In this document: positions 22,943 to 35,583 of the stretch, piece by piece
How positions within the stretch are numbered: position 1 is the first letter of the stretch
Layout: each line of letters begins with the position of its first letter
Program-made: the position numbers and the translations under genes
The notes under the pieces: model-generated
Seen by the model: the letters and a program-made list of their open reading frames with translations, nothing else
Told to the model about the DNA's origin: nothing
Database searches by the model: none
Assembly: GCF_964188315.1 (NCBI RefSeq)
Contig: NC_135667.1
Coordinates: 10,168,001-10,232,000, forward strand
DNA length: 64,000 bases
Reading direction: 5' to 3'
Source of the DNA: Podarcis muralis
Lineage: Eukaryota

Positions 22943-23881
22943 TCATTCAATTGGTGAGGACATTTTCCTGCTCCACAGCTTTCTTAATGCACACTTCATC
23001 TCCTTGTTCCTCAATGTATAAATGACGGGATTCAGGAGTGGGGTTACAGTGGTGTAGAACACAGCCACCACTCCGTCCAGTGGGTCTTCAGACCCTGGTC
23101 TCAGATAGATGAACACTAGGGGAACATAGTAAGTTATGACAACTGTGATGTGAGCAGCGCAAGTGGAGAATGCTCGGCGGCGTCCCTCAGCACTACGGAT
23201 CCTCAGGATTGCAGAGATGATGTACACGTAGGATGTGAGGATGAGGAAGAAGCAGGTCATGGCCAAGAAGCCAATGTCTACAAAGGTCACCATCTCATTG
23301 AGTGCCGTGTCAGCACAGGCCAGCTTAAGCACAGCGGGGATGTCACAGAAGATATAGCCCACTTGGTCCCCATGGCCATAGGGCAAGTGGAAGGTGAGAG
23401 TGGTCTGTATCATAGAGTGCAAGGAGCCCCCAAACCAGGTCCCAAAGGAGAGGCAGAGGCAAGCTTTATGGCTCATAATAGTGCCGTAACGGAGCGGCTT
23501 GCAGATGGCCAGGAAGCGGTCATAGGCCATGACGGTATAAAGGAAACATTCAGTGCAGCCCAGGAAGTGGAAGAAGAAGAGTTGGGTCACGCAACCACCA
23601 AAGGAGATGACCCCACCACCTTCAAGAAACCCAGCGACCACCTTGGGTACCACCACTGAGGAGACAGTCATATCCAAGAAGGACAAGTGGCAAAGGAACC
23701 AATACATAGGTTTGTGCAGCCGGGGCTCAAATGCCACTGCCAAGAGGATCATGAGGTTTCCTATGAAGGTGAGCAGGTAGATGAGCAAGAAGAAGAGGAA
23801 CAATGGGACTCGTAGTTCACGGGGATAAGGAAACCCGACAATGATGAAATGGTACTGTCCCGTTTGGTTTTCACACTCCAT
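22943..23881 (-). CDS. OR10G6-like: Olfactory receptor, OR10G6-like, 312 aa, intact
   Basis: Single-exon 7TM ORF with LHKPMYWFLCHLSFLDM, MAYDRFLAIC, DIGFLAMTCF, PLDGVVAVFYT and NPVIYTLRNKEMK, close to mammalian OR10G6 as recalled. Confidence 0.95.
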   Translation of the reverse strand: MECENQTGQYHFIIVGFPYPRELRVPLFLFFLLIYLLTFIGNLMILLAVAFEPRLHKPMYWFLCHLSFLDMTVSSVVVPKVVAGFLEGGGVISFGGCVTQLFFFHFLGCTECFLYTVMAYDRFLAICKPLRYGTIMSHKACLCLSFGTWFGGSLHSMIQTTLTFHLPYGHGDQVGYIFCDIPAVLKLACADTALNEMVTFVDIGFLAMTCFFLILTSYVYIISAILRIRSAEGRRRAFSTCAAHITVVITYYVPLVFIYLRPGSEDPLDGVVAVFYTTVTPLLNPVIYTLRNKEMKCALRKLWSRKMSSPIE

Positions 23882-24200
23882 GTAACTTAATGTTCACCTT
23901 AGCGTTGTGAATTATTAGACTGCAAAATCCAAACAAGGGAGAGAAGGGGTTGGCATGCCACATCAACTGCTCAGTTCTGGATAAAATTACTTGTAGCCAC
24001 TTAGGTTATTTCTAGGAGATAAAATGAAAGTACAGATAAAATTAACATTGCGGGTGGGTGGCAGATTCCAAACTGTACCCTCAATTTTCACATGGAATAT
24101 CAAACGTCTAGACCATTAGTTATATGAATTTCAAACTAGGTGTTCAAGTTTTTAGTTGGACTGCTATGCTCAGAGATTAATTTTGCTGAAAATCATAGTA

Positions 24201-24568
24201 AAGGTAAAGGGACCCCTGACCATTAGGTCCAGTCACGAATGACTCTGGGGTTGCAATGCTCATCTCGCTTTACTGGCCGAGGGAGCCGGCGTACAGCTTT
24301 CAGGTGATGTGGCCAGCATGACTAAGCTGCTTCTGGTGAACCAGAGCAGCACACGGAAATGCTGTTTACCTTCCCGCCGGAGCAGTTCCTATTTCTCTAC
24401 TTGCACTTTGACATGCTTTCAAACTGCTAGGTTGGCAGGAGCTGGGATCGAGCAACGGGAGCTCACCCCGTTGCAGGGATTCGAACGGCTGACCTTCTGA
24501 TCGGCAAGCCCTAGGCTCTGTGGTTTAGACCACAGCATCACCCGCATCCCCCACAGCGCCCCCCGTGT
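24201..24568 (-). mobile_element. Sauria SINE, full length
   Basis: TSD tcatagta at 24193 and 24569. Confidence 0.93.
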
Positions 24569-24774
24569 TCATAGTACTGATCGCCAAATAAAGTTGTTCG
24601 AGCTGTAAGAGTAGGTTGTTTTGCTTTGTTTTTTGTAAGGATTTCATTCTTCACTAGCAGGTTTTTGTATTATAGCTTTGTACAGTAGCCAAAACACAAG
24701 TTAATTTTTTGTAACTCCAATTTCAGAAGACCTTGGCTACAACTGAAAACAGAAGTTGTCTCTGAAACTTAATA

Positions 24775-25008
24775 CAGTGGTACCTCGGGTTAAGTACTTA
24801 ATTTGTTCCGGAGGTCCGTTCTTAACATGAAACTGTTCTTAACCTGAAGCACCACTTTAGCTAATGGGGCCTCCTGTTGCCGCCGCCGCGCGATTTCTGT
24901 TCTCATCCTGAAGCAAAGTTCTTAACCCGAGGTACTATTTCTGGGTTAGCAGAGTCTGTAACCTGAAGTGTATGTAACCTGAAGCGTATGTAACCCAAGG
25001 TACCACTG
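24775..25008 (+). mobile_element. Tigger-like MITE
   Basis: Same TIRs, TA TSD. Confidence 0.92.
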
Positions 25009-26849
25009 TATCATCTCTGTTTACTCACTCCAGCTATTCTCCAGGAATAACATAAAACAGGTCTCACTTTCAATCCCAGGCATCTCTAGGTAGGTCTGGG
25101 AGAGACCTCCTGCCTAAAACCCTGTAGAGCCACCCAGGTCTGACACAGAATATAACAGCTCTGTATGATCCTAAGAAACAAAAATGACACTGGCTTGCCA
25201 TAAAAATTGGCTTGGCACACGAATCTTACAAGCCATGCTAAAATTCAGTCTGGGAGGCAATTATCAAACAAGTATTCTCAGATCCAGAATTTGCAAAACA
25301 ATTGAATTCCGAATGTGTCCATTTTGGTTCCATTTCTTTCTTAAAGATGAAAGGTGATTCTCTCAGAAACAGAATATACCCTTTGGTTCAAACCCTGAAA
25401 TCGTCACCTGCCGAAATAATCTCAGGAAACAGAGATGGGGGAAATCAATACTGGCCTGAGACTCTGGGGAGCTGATGCAATAAAGGATGATAGTCTATCT
25501 CAGCAGAATGGAGTTTCCTAGGTTCTGAAGCTCAATAGTTCTAGATATTGACTGTGTTCAGAGACAACACCAAATTGTGGTATGGTGTTTCAAGAATGTA
25601 CACTCATCTTCCCTTTCTCTCCTCTGATATAGGCATAAGGAGATGATAAGATGCTTCAGGTTCTTTCAGGTTCTGATTTAGAGTAACCAATGTTTAGTGT
25701 GCCTTATGTTCCTGTGTCATCCAAACTCCTTAACTGTGGTTAATGATGGTTAGCAAAAACCTAGTCGGTTATTAATTGATGCTGTTGTTGTTATTTAAAT
25801 GTAATTAATAAATTATTATTTATTAAATTTGCATCAGCTGTGGTTTGTCATTGGCTTGTTTCTATTGATAGATAAGAGTAACTACAGTTTGCCCAGGTTT
25901 TGATGGCACAGCAAACTGCGGTTAATCAAAACTTCTCCTCACAGTGGCAAAGGAGAGAAGAGCATGCAGAACTGGAGAAAACTAGCAGGACTGGCCAAAG
26001 ACATTCAGGATAAACAGCAAATGACATTCAGGATAAACAGCAGCTGCTTGAGATGACTGTCCACTCCACCTGATAGCAGAGCTGGTCCTGGTGGTAGATG
26101 ATGTCTTATAATGCTTAACTATGTTGAACTCATCCCATCACAAAATCTTACCTTTCTGCTTGATGTAATGTCAGATGTTCTATAGCCTGCAGAAATTGAA
26201 GCTCTCTTTATTTTACGCCGCAGTCCTTTCCAGTGTTTCCTTAGTCTTCTTTCTCTGCATTTCAAAACAGTCACCACTCTTAAACATAAAGTCAATGCCT
26301 AGGTGAGAAAAGAACTCCAATCCTTTCTCAGCTTAGGCTTGTTCACATGTTACACTGAACAGAGGTAGACATGTACAAGTTTCTATGTGAAAGAGTCTAC
26401 ACTTGTTGATCTGTACAATTCTGCTGTTGTGTACACATGTACACACTGTACACTCATTGAACATTATATGTGAATAGCTGTATGAGCGTATAGCTCAACT
26501 ATTTGGGTATGCAGGTACACAGATTGTACTCTTTTTGACTGTGGCATATGAGCAACCTGTGTATCTCTTTAACCTGAAACCATAGAAGACAAAAATATTC
26601 TCCTGTTACAGTAAAATAATCTCTAATCCAAAATCACTCCAGAATGCATGCTGTGAGCATAACAATAACTCTCACTTTGTCTTGGGTATTTCACCAATGG
26701 TTCTGGGATTCACCTAGTCCTAGATGGTAGCAACATGGCAATTTATGTCATCAGGCTTCATCACCACCAGTTCCCATAACATCAATCTATTTCCCTCAGG
26801 ATCACCCACAGCCACCTAGTGGGTGGGGATTTCATTTGTTTTCAAAATA

Positions 26850-27083
26850 CAGTGGTACCTCTGGTTAAGAACTTAATTCATTCTGAAGGTCCGTTCTTAA
26901 CTTGAAACTGTTCTTAACCTGAGGCACCACTTTAGCTAATGGGGCCTCCTGCTGCCGCTACTGCGCGATTTCTGTTCTCATCCTGAAGCAAAGTTCATAA
27001 CCCGAGGTACTATTTCTGGGTTAGCGGAGTCTGTAACCTGAAGCGTCTGTAACCTGAAGCATATGTAACCCGAGGTACCACTG
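26850..27083 (+). mobile_element. Tigger-like MITE
   Basis: Same TIRs, TA TSD. Confidence 0.92.
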
Positions 27084-27350
27084 TAAATCTATAATGATAT
27101 CTCATGTTGGCAAACTATAATGAGAGGTATTGAAAGGGGGGAGGTGGTGGTATATTATTACTGTTACATTATATATTGCATTTATGTATCACCTTTTCTC
27201 CAAGCGAATCCAGGGATTGCATCAATGATTAAAACAAATACAAAAAATGAGGTTCATAAATAACATAAGACTCGTTTAAAACACACGGTCAGTTACATCA
27301 TTCAGTAGATGTCAGGGATTGGACTCAACTACCTGACATTTAGAAGACAA

Positions 27351-27475
27351 TAATTTATTTGTACCCCGCCCATCTGGCTGGGCCTCCCCAGACACTCTGG
27401 GTGGCTTCCAACAAAAATTAAAAATACATTAAAATGTCACACATTAAAAACTTCCCTAAACAGGGCTGCCTTCAG
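27351..27475 (-). mobile_element. L2 LINE 3' end
   Basis: cccatctggctggg...aaacttccctaaacagggctgccttcag. Confidence 0.8.
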
Positions 27476-27618
27476 AGCAGCTTCATCACGCTGGCCACGT
27501 GACCCGGAAGTGTCTGCGGACAGCGCTGGCTCCCGGCCTCTAGAGTGAGATGAGCGCACAACCCTAGAGTCTGTCAAGACTGGCCCGTACGGGCAGGGGT
27601 ACCTTTACCTTTACCTTT
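27476..27618 (+). mobile_element. Sauria SINE 3' fragment
   Basis: ggcccgtacgggcaggggtacctttaccttt subfamily tail. Confidence 0.88.
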
Positions 27619-28247
27619 AATTGGCTTTATAAATTGTATTATGATTTGGCACGATTTGATATTGTAATAATGTGGCCCAAATTGGAGTGTTATCAATGAA
27701 AAAGTCATAAAAATTGTATTTTATAAAAAATTAAGTGCTGCCACCAGAGGCAGTGATGGCCAACAACATGGAAGGCTTTGAGAGGATTAGACAAATTTAC
27801 AGCATATAAGACTATGATCTACTAGCCATCATAGCTATGCTCTTCCTCCATAGTCAGAGGCAGTCATGCTTTTGAATACCAGTTGCCAGACACTGCAGCA
27901 GGGGACAGAGTGCTTGTGTGCTTTGGTTTCATTTGCCGATTTCTTCCGAACTTCTGGTTAGTCGCTACAAGAACAGGATGCTGGACTAGATGGGCCATGA
28001 ACCTGATCCAGCAGGCTTTTATGTTCTTACCCACCAAACTACATGTAGACCTACAGCACTTTTGCCCCTTTATTCAGTTGAAAAGGTCTAGTGGCTTACA
28101 TAAAATCAACAATAAACAATATAATTATGGCCCACAGGCTTAAAATCCATAAACAGGGGTGAGCAGAAGGCAAAGGAAGATCTTCTGGTAGATTGGCAAG
28201 AGTTTCTGACTCCTAATAGTTTTCCCATAGCAACAACCACAAGGAGT

Positions 28248-29044
28248 TGTTGTTAGGCCTCTCCTCCTCAAGGAGGGGAGGTGTTGTGGGCGGGACGCGA
28301 TTTCTGCGTCACACAGGGGGCGTTATGCCCCCTTCCCCACTCACCTGGCTGGCGCACCACGCCCACAGGTAAGTGCCCAACCGGGCGGCTTGGAGGGGGC
28401 GTGGTTTGCAGTTGGAGATACTGCTGTGCCAGCCATTCTGCCTCACTTTTCGCCTTCCCGTCGCGAGTCACCCACCCACCACTCCCTTAGGGCTTAGGGC
28501 TTAGCTTTTCGCTTGAGCTTGCTATGGACCTTTGGTTGGTCACCCAGGTTGCCCAGGGGGCCTGGTAGGAATTTTTCCAACTGGCATTAGGCCTTTTGGT
28601 TTTTTCGCCTGCCTCATAGCAATCGTCACAACTTTCTTGGTATTTGGCGGTTAGGCATTGGAATGTGTTGTTGGTGTGTGGAAGGGCTAGGTGTGGCCAT
28701 TGCCTACCCCTTCAAATTTGGGTATTCTGTTAAAGGAATCCGGCGGTCGTGGATCCTGTCCGATGCCTGTGTGGTGGGGGGCCATGGCACGACCCTCGGT
28801 GACATCAGGGGAGAGCTTATAGTTGTATTGGCATCAACAGGCTCCACCTTCTGGTGAATAAACCCCCTTCAGGCTCACCCCTCTCCGAGTGGGTGGAGTC
28901 AATCTGTCGTGGTCCAATGCCTAAACCAATACCTTTTCACTTGTTGTAATCAATAAAGTTGTGGCCTTTTCTTGCCCATTAACCTTATACACTGTGTCCG
29001 TGTGTCTTCATTCCACAAAGCGGGGATCGGGTCCTCGAACCACA
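28248..29044 (+). mobile_element. Probable solo LTR (copy 1)
   Basis: TGT...ACA ends, CpG-rich, AATAAA near the 3' end, homologous to the reverse complement of 33663-34471. TSD not resolved. Confidence 0.75.
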
Positions 29045-30171
29045 ATCTATCTATCTATCTATCTATCTATCTGTATAAAAATATATATAACAGTGGTTTA
29101 CAACATTGCCATTGTTATTATTATTTCAGTTTATTAGTTGCTACCCACATAAGGCAGCTCCAAGCAACTTGCAGAATTTGAGAGCATAAAGCATGACACA
29201 AAATAAAAAAGAAAAGTACATTACAATAAAAGTCATACAATAATCTATAAACAGACCCATAAACAGCAGCAAAACTTGCAGCAAGATGATAGGTGATGAG
29301 CAGAGCAGAGCTTGAATTTTAGCACATATGATACTGTGCCAGGGACAGCCAAGATACAATTAGATGTCTTAATGCAGAATTGGATTAATCAGGTTATTTA
29401 TTTATTATTTATACCACTTAACTGCAATTGTCTCTCAGCAGTGTACAATAAGCTGAACAAATACAATAGTGACAAACTCCATTACAAGCCAGCTATAAAA
29501 TCAGAAATGTCCTTAAATTCTTACTGAAATAAAAAGTTACCGACTAGTCTCCAGAAGTTCCATCAGGGAGTGGCCCTGTCTCATCTCAGTTGGCAGGGCG
29601 TTCCACAAAATTGAACCCACCATATTGAATGCATGATGCTTCATGAATATGGGCTGTGCCACCAAATTATTGGAGACAAATAACCATAACTCCCCTGAAG
29701 ACCTCAGTGTTCCAGCAGGGATGTGTAGAAAGAGGCAGGTGGAAGATTCAGTTTCAAAAAACAAAAACAAAAAACGGTGGGTGGGTGGGTGGAAGGGATG
29801 AAACATCCCACCGCCGTTATTCTCACAGCAACCCATGAAGTAGGTCAGGTCAAGAGATTATGACTGAACCAGAAACAGTTTGTTCCCCCTTTCATAGTAC
29901 TAGAACCAGGGCCATGGAACGAAGCTGAAAGCAAAGAGATTCAAGATGGAAGAAGGGTATTCATCATCCCATACACTCCATTAGACTGCGAATTTTGCTA
30001 CCACAGGACATGGTGAGAGCCACCAACAAAGATGGTTTTAGAATAGGATTGGAGAAGTTGATGGAGGATACAGCAATTGGTGGCTACTGGTAACGAGGGC
30101 TACATAGTGACCAGTTTACTTGAACTCACCACTTGCCAAGCTCTCTCTCTCCTTCATTCCTTCCCTTTTAT

Positions 30172-31098
30172 TCAGGAAGATATCTTCCTAAATACAAGTT
30201 TCTTCATTGCCCTTTTGATTTCTTCACTTCTCAAGGAATAGATGATGGGGTTTAGTGCAGGGGTGATAGCTGTGTAAAAAATGGACATCACCTTCTGAAC
30301 CGAGTTGGTTGTGGCTGGCTGCAAATATATGAGGACACAAGGGACGTAGAGAGTCAAGACCACGATGAGGTGGGCTGTGCAGGTGGAGAAAGCTTTTCTC
30401 TTTCCTTCCTCCGAGCGCATCTTCAGTATGGTGGCAACAATATGTGCATAGGAGCCCGCGATCAAGATGAAGCAACAGAGGGCAACCACGCCAACATTGA
30501 TCATGATGACAACTTTGTTTATCGATGTGTCAGCACAGGCCACTTTGAGCAAAGGTGGGACATCACAGAAGTAGTGCTCAAGCTCATAAGGGCCACAGTA
30601 AGGGAGACGGAAAGTGAGGACGGTCTGAATAGTGGAATGGATGGTCCCGACGAGGCACGTTCCAGCCATGAACTGGGCACAAACCATCTTGCTCATAATG
30701 GAAGAGTAGCGAAGGGGGTTGCATATGGCCACATAACGATCAAAGGCCATGACAGTGAGGAGAAAGCCCTCTGTGCCCCCACAGAAGTGGAAGAAGTAAA
30801 GCTGAGCCACACAGCTCTGGTAAGAGATGCTTTGAGAGCCATTGATGAATCCAGCCATCATCTTCGGAACGGTGGTAGTGCAGTAACATACATCTAAGAG
30901 GGACAGTTCAGAGAGGAAGTAGTACATAGGGGAGTGGAGCTGAGGACTGAGGCGGATTGTGAAGAGTATGACGGCATTCCCGAGCAACGTCAAGAGGTAG
31001 ATGGCAAGAAAGAGAGTGAAAAAGATCTGAAGACCCTGGACTTCAGAGAAACCCAGGAGAGTGAATTTAATCACAAGAGTGAAGTTGTCTTTCTCCAT
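30172..31098 (-). CDS. Class II olfactory receptor, 308 aa, intact
   Basis: LHSPMYYFL, MAFDRYVAIC, HYFCDVPPLL, KAFSTCTAHL, PALNPIIYSLR. Confidence 0.95.
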   Translation of the reverse strand: MEKDNFTLVIKFTLLGFSEVQGLQIFFTLFLAIYLLTLLGNAVILFTIRLSPQLHSPMYYFLSELSLLDVCYCTTTVPKMMAGFINGSQSISYQSCVAQLYFFHFCGGTEGFLLTVMAFDRYVAICNPLRYSSIMSKMVCAQFMAGTCLVGTIHSTIQTVLTFRLPYCGPYELEHYFCDVPPLLKVACADTSINKVVIMINVGVVALCCFILIAGSYAHIVATILKMRSEEGKRKAFSTCTAHLIVVLTLYVPCVLIYLQPATTNSVQKVMSIFYTAITPALNPIIYSLRSEEIKRAMKKLVFRKISS

Positions 31099-33086
31099 CT
31101 ACCTTCAATTGATTGTTGTGGTTGTTAATGGCACACACCTGAATGTGGGAAGAAAATGAGAATTTTGAGGAGGGGAAGAGGAGGAGGAGGAGAAACTAAT
31201 CAGTCCATTTTGATTTATCTCCATTTCATTTTTTCCAATCAAGTTTGCCACATTTCCACATCAATTTCCTTTTTTAAAAAATCCTCATGGAAATTCACCG
31301 GCATTTTTCCCAATATAGTCAGAATTCTACATGCAATTATGGCTAATAGACACATTTTGGCAAATAATTTTGCCTAACATAATGCATTCTGTATATTGAT
31401 TTCACTAATATATGCATTTCTATGCACTCTTCCCCCTATTATGTGCATTTTTGTACACAGCATTTGCTTAGAGAGCAGCATTGTGAAATACAGAGAATAG
31501 CCAATTTTGATGGGTAGCTGTGTTTTCGTTCACTTTTTATTTCAGGAAGTTGAAACTAGGCAGGTTTGCTTCTCTGTTCTTCCAGCACCCACTTCCCACA
31601 GCCACTTCCCACAGCACAGTCTCCCTAATCAAATTAGGAGTGATATGCAGATCAGGTGTGTTCTCACCCTGAAATATCTGGGTTGAGGAGATAGCCCTCT
31701 TGAAGTCATACTGAGCTATGAGAACATCGATTCTTAACTATGGACCTTTTCAATCGGCAGTATTTGAACTTACCTGAACCACAAATAAGCCGGCAAAAAT
31801 CAGTTGCATTGGCCTTCAAATGCAGAACATAGTTGTATCTATCTGACAGAAGATCTCCCTGTCTTTATAAGAGCTCTGGGATGTCTCCAGACAATGACTC
31901 TTGCATCAAAGTCAATACGTGATCTACAAGAACATGAGTCCCTCAACTATGGAAATTTCCAGTTGGAAGGATTTGAACTGTTGGTAAAACTGAATGTCAG
32001 ATTAGTTGTATTCGCGTGCACAATATTCTTGCATCTTGCAAATACTCTGACAAATAGATCTCCCTGTATTTTTAGAGAGGGGTGATCCAAGTCAATGACC
32101 CATGCAGCTTCTTTAGCTGCCTTGAGAAGGAGCCAGTGTTTGCATCTTCTTCAGAAGTTGCAAGACGCTTCAACGAGAAGCTCAAGAATGTACAAGGACA
32201 AAACAAATGTCTTCCTCAGCCACATTTCAAGGTTGGTTTGAGTACACCAGCTGGGGGAGTTATGAACCCTCTTCTCACCATATCTCTGGTTCTTATTCAT
32301 CATGGGAGTCGAGAATTCTCCCCAAGCATATTTTGACATCAGTTTGGTGACTCCAAGGAAAAGTACCTTAAAGGATCTACACACCAAGTTTAATGAGCAA
32401 TTACTGGTGTTTGCATCATTTGTGCAGAATAATAACTACCAGTGAGAAATGAGACTTTTGTTGTATTTGTTTCCATGCAGTATTTTATCTCTCCAAAGGA
32501 CTTCTGATTTCATCAGATACCTGGTCTTACTCCATTCGGTCATAAAATACAACAAATAACATTTTAGAATGAGAACAGGTTTAATAACAGAAAAATAAAG
32601 TGGTGTTGTGTTGTTGTTTTTTTGCATTTTCTATTTTTTTGGATAATTTTATTCTTTATTTAACATAATTGTTACAAAATATAAGCAAAATGTTACAAAT
32701 ACATACATATATATTTCAAATAAGCACATATATGTGAAAATAGGAACAAAAGAGAAGAAACGAAGAAAAGAAAAAAGAAGAAAAAATAAAGGGGGGGGGA
32801 GGAGAAGAAATGTTGGTTCCTGATGATTGGGTTATTCCTTCAGAGAAGCTGAGTACTGCTGGCTTAAAATGGTTCAGTTATCTCTTTCTGTCAAGGTCAT
32901 GCTGACTATAATAATAAGGCCAGAAGGAGCCTGGGTTTCACCTTTCTATCTCTCTTTCCTTCTGGTATGGTGTTCTGTATATAGTATGCTTAGTGTTAAG
33001 GTTTCAGTCTTATTATAAGTTACTGTAAGTTTAAGTTAAGTCTGCTGCAACTGGATTTCGTACGGACAGTGCCAATCCTGAATGTA

Positions 33087-33328
33087 CAGTGGTACCTCGG
33101 GTTAAGAACTTAATTCGTTCTGGAGGTCTGTTCTTAACCTGAAACTGTTCTTAACCTGAAGCACCACTTTAGCTAATGGGGTCTCCTGCTGCCACTGTGC
33201 CACCACTGCACGATTTCTGTTCTCATCCCGAAGCAAAGTTCTTAACCCGAGGTACTATTTCTAGGTTAGCGGAGTCTGTAACCTGAAGCGTATCTAACCT
33301 GAAGTGCATGTAATCCGAGGTACCACTG
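33087..33328 (+). mobile_element. Tigger-like MITE
   Basis: Same TIRs, TA TSD. Confidence 0.92.
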
Positions 33329-33662
33329 TATTGGATTTGTGACCATTATGCTCATTTGCCTTCAGTAGCCATAAAGCTCTGCTGAATGAAATATTAATTG
33401 CCTCTGGTCTATTTTTGGGGAATCCTGCAACTAAGTTTTTACTCTGCTAACTATACGTTGGAGTTCTGCTCTGGATCAACATGAGTAGAATTCATGGCAC
33501 AGCTATCCCCCACAAATAAACATAGGATTGTATCTAACAAAGTTATGCTCAGAATAGACCCATCAAAAATACTGGAGCAAATATAGTCATGTCCATTAAG
33601 AACATAACATCAGAAGAGCACTACTGGATCACACCCAAGGCCCACCTAGCCCAACATCCTGT

Positions 33663-34471
33663 TGTGGTTCAAGGACCCAATCTCCGCATAGTGGAATGAA
33701 AACACAAGGACACGTGATATAAGGTTAATGGGCAAGAAAAGGCCACAACTTTATTGATTACAGCAAGTGAAAAGGTATTGGCTTAGGCATTGGATTACGT
33801 CAGCTGACTCCACCCCCTCAGAGAGGGGTGAGTCTGAAACAAGGGGGGTTTATTCACCAGTAGGTGGAGCCTGTTGATGCTAATCCAACTATAAGCTCTC
33901 CCCTGATGTCACCAAGGGTCGTGCCATGGCCTCCCGCCACGCAGACATCAGACAGAATACACGACCACCGGATTCCTTTAACGGAATACCCAAAAATTGA
34001 AGGCGCAGGCGATGGCCACACCTAGCCCTTCGACACACCACAGCACATTATTCCAATGCCTAACCTACCCACCAATACCACGAAAGTTGTGACGATTGCT
34101 ACGAGGTAGGCGAAAAAACCAAAAAGCCTAATGCCAAATGGAAAAATTCCTACCAGGCCCCCCAGATAACCAGGGTGACCAACCTAAGGTCCATAGCAAG
34201 GCCAAAAGAAACTGAGACCCTGAGCTCTAAGGGAGTGGAGGGTGGGTGACTCGCAACGGGACGACAAAGAGTGAGGCCGGAAGGCTGGCGCTGCAGCAAT
34301 TTAGGCTGCTATACACGCCCCCTCGTAGGCACCTGGTTGGGTGCCTGCCCGTTGGCGTGGGCGCCAGCCAGGTGAGTGGGAGGCAGGGGGCTAACGCCCC
34401 CTGCTTAAGGTGGAGTCCGGCTCCCGACCACAACCACCCCCCTCTCTTGCAGGAGGAGAGTCTTTCTCACA
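33663..34471 (-). mobile_element. Probable solo LTR (copy 2, inverted), inserted in an older SINE
   Basis: Reverse complement aligns end to end with 28248-29044. Confidence 0.75.
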
Positions 34472-34653
34472 ATGGCAAACCAATAACCCACAGGAACATC
34501 TGTGCGCAACAGCAACTCTCCTCACTTGTGATTCCCAGCAACTGGCATTCAGAGGTTCTACTCTGAGCAAGACTAGCAGTGGCTACAGCTCATAGAGGTA
34601 CAATTCATCCCAACTCATGGTGCTTCTGTCTACAGAAGCTACATTGCTGTCCT

Positions 34654-35583
34654 TCAAGAAAACACCTTCTTGAATGCCAGTTTCTTCACCATCTTCTTGA
34701 TTTCTTCATTTCTCAAGGTGTAGATGATGGGGTTCAGGGCAGGTGTCACAGATGTGTAAAAGAGGGCCACAATGTTCAGGGCAGAGTGGTTGGTGGATGG
34801 CTGCATGTAAATGAATATGCAAGGGCCATAAAGGAGGAGGACTACAGTGAGGTGAGATGCGCAGGTGGAGAAGGCCTTCCTCTTCCCTTCCTCAGAGCGC
34901 ATCTTGAGAATTGTGGTGGCAATGCGGATATAAGAACCAAGGATCAAAGCAAAGCTGCTCAGTGCCACAACACCAATGTTCACTGTGACCACGGTCTCAT
35001 TCAGAGAGGTTTCTGCACAGGCTACCTTCAGTAAGGGCGGGACATCACAGAAATAGTGGTCAAGTTTGTAAGGCCCACAGTAAGGGAGGCGAAACGTGAG
35101 CACAGTCTGAAGAGTCGAATGAAGTGCCCCCACCAGGCAGGTTGCAGTCACCAGTCTGATGCAAGACACGTTGCTCATGATCCCAGAGTAGTGGAGTGGA
35201 TCACAGATGGCCACATAGCGGTCATATGCCATGACAGTGATCAGGAAACACTCGGTGCCTCCAAAGAAGTGGAAGGCATAGAGCTGAGCCACACAGCCCT
35301 CAAAGGAAATGGCTTGGGAACCAGTCAAGAAACTGGTCAGCATCTTGGGCACGGTGGTGCTGGAATAAAGTACATCCAGGATGGAAAGCTCGCCAAGAAA
35401 ATAGTACATGGGGGAATGGAGCACAGGGCTGAACCAGATGGTGAGGAATATGAGGATGTTTCCTAGAAGAGTCAACATGTAGATGAAAAGGAAGAGCAGG
35501 AAAAAGAGGAGCTGGAGCTCCAGCACATCAGAAAACCCAGAGAGAGTGAACTGAATCCCCACAGTCAGGTTGGGTTTCTTCAT
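34654..35583 (-). CDS. Class II olfactory receptor, 309 aa, intact; close paralogue of 30172-31098
   Basis: LHSPMYYFL, MAYDRYVAIC, KAFSTCASHL, PALNPIIYTLRNEEIK. Confidence 0.95.
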   Translation of the reverse strand: MKKPNLTVGIQFTLSGFSDVLELQLLFFLLFLFIYMLTLLGNILIFLTIWFSPVLHSPMYYFLGELSILDVLYSSTTVPKMLTSFLTGSQAISFEGCVAQLYAFHFFGGTECFLITVMAYDRYVAICDPLHYSGIMSNVSCIRLVTATCLVGALHSTLQTVLTFRLPYCGPYKLDHYFCDVPPLLKVACAETSLNETVVTVNIGVVALSSFALILGSYIRIATTILKMRSEEGKRKAFSTCASHLTVVLLLYGPCIFIYMQPSTNHSALNIVALFYTSVTPALNPIIYTLRNEEIKKMVKKLAFKKVFS

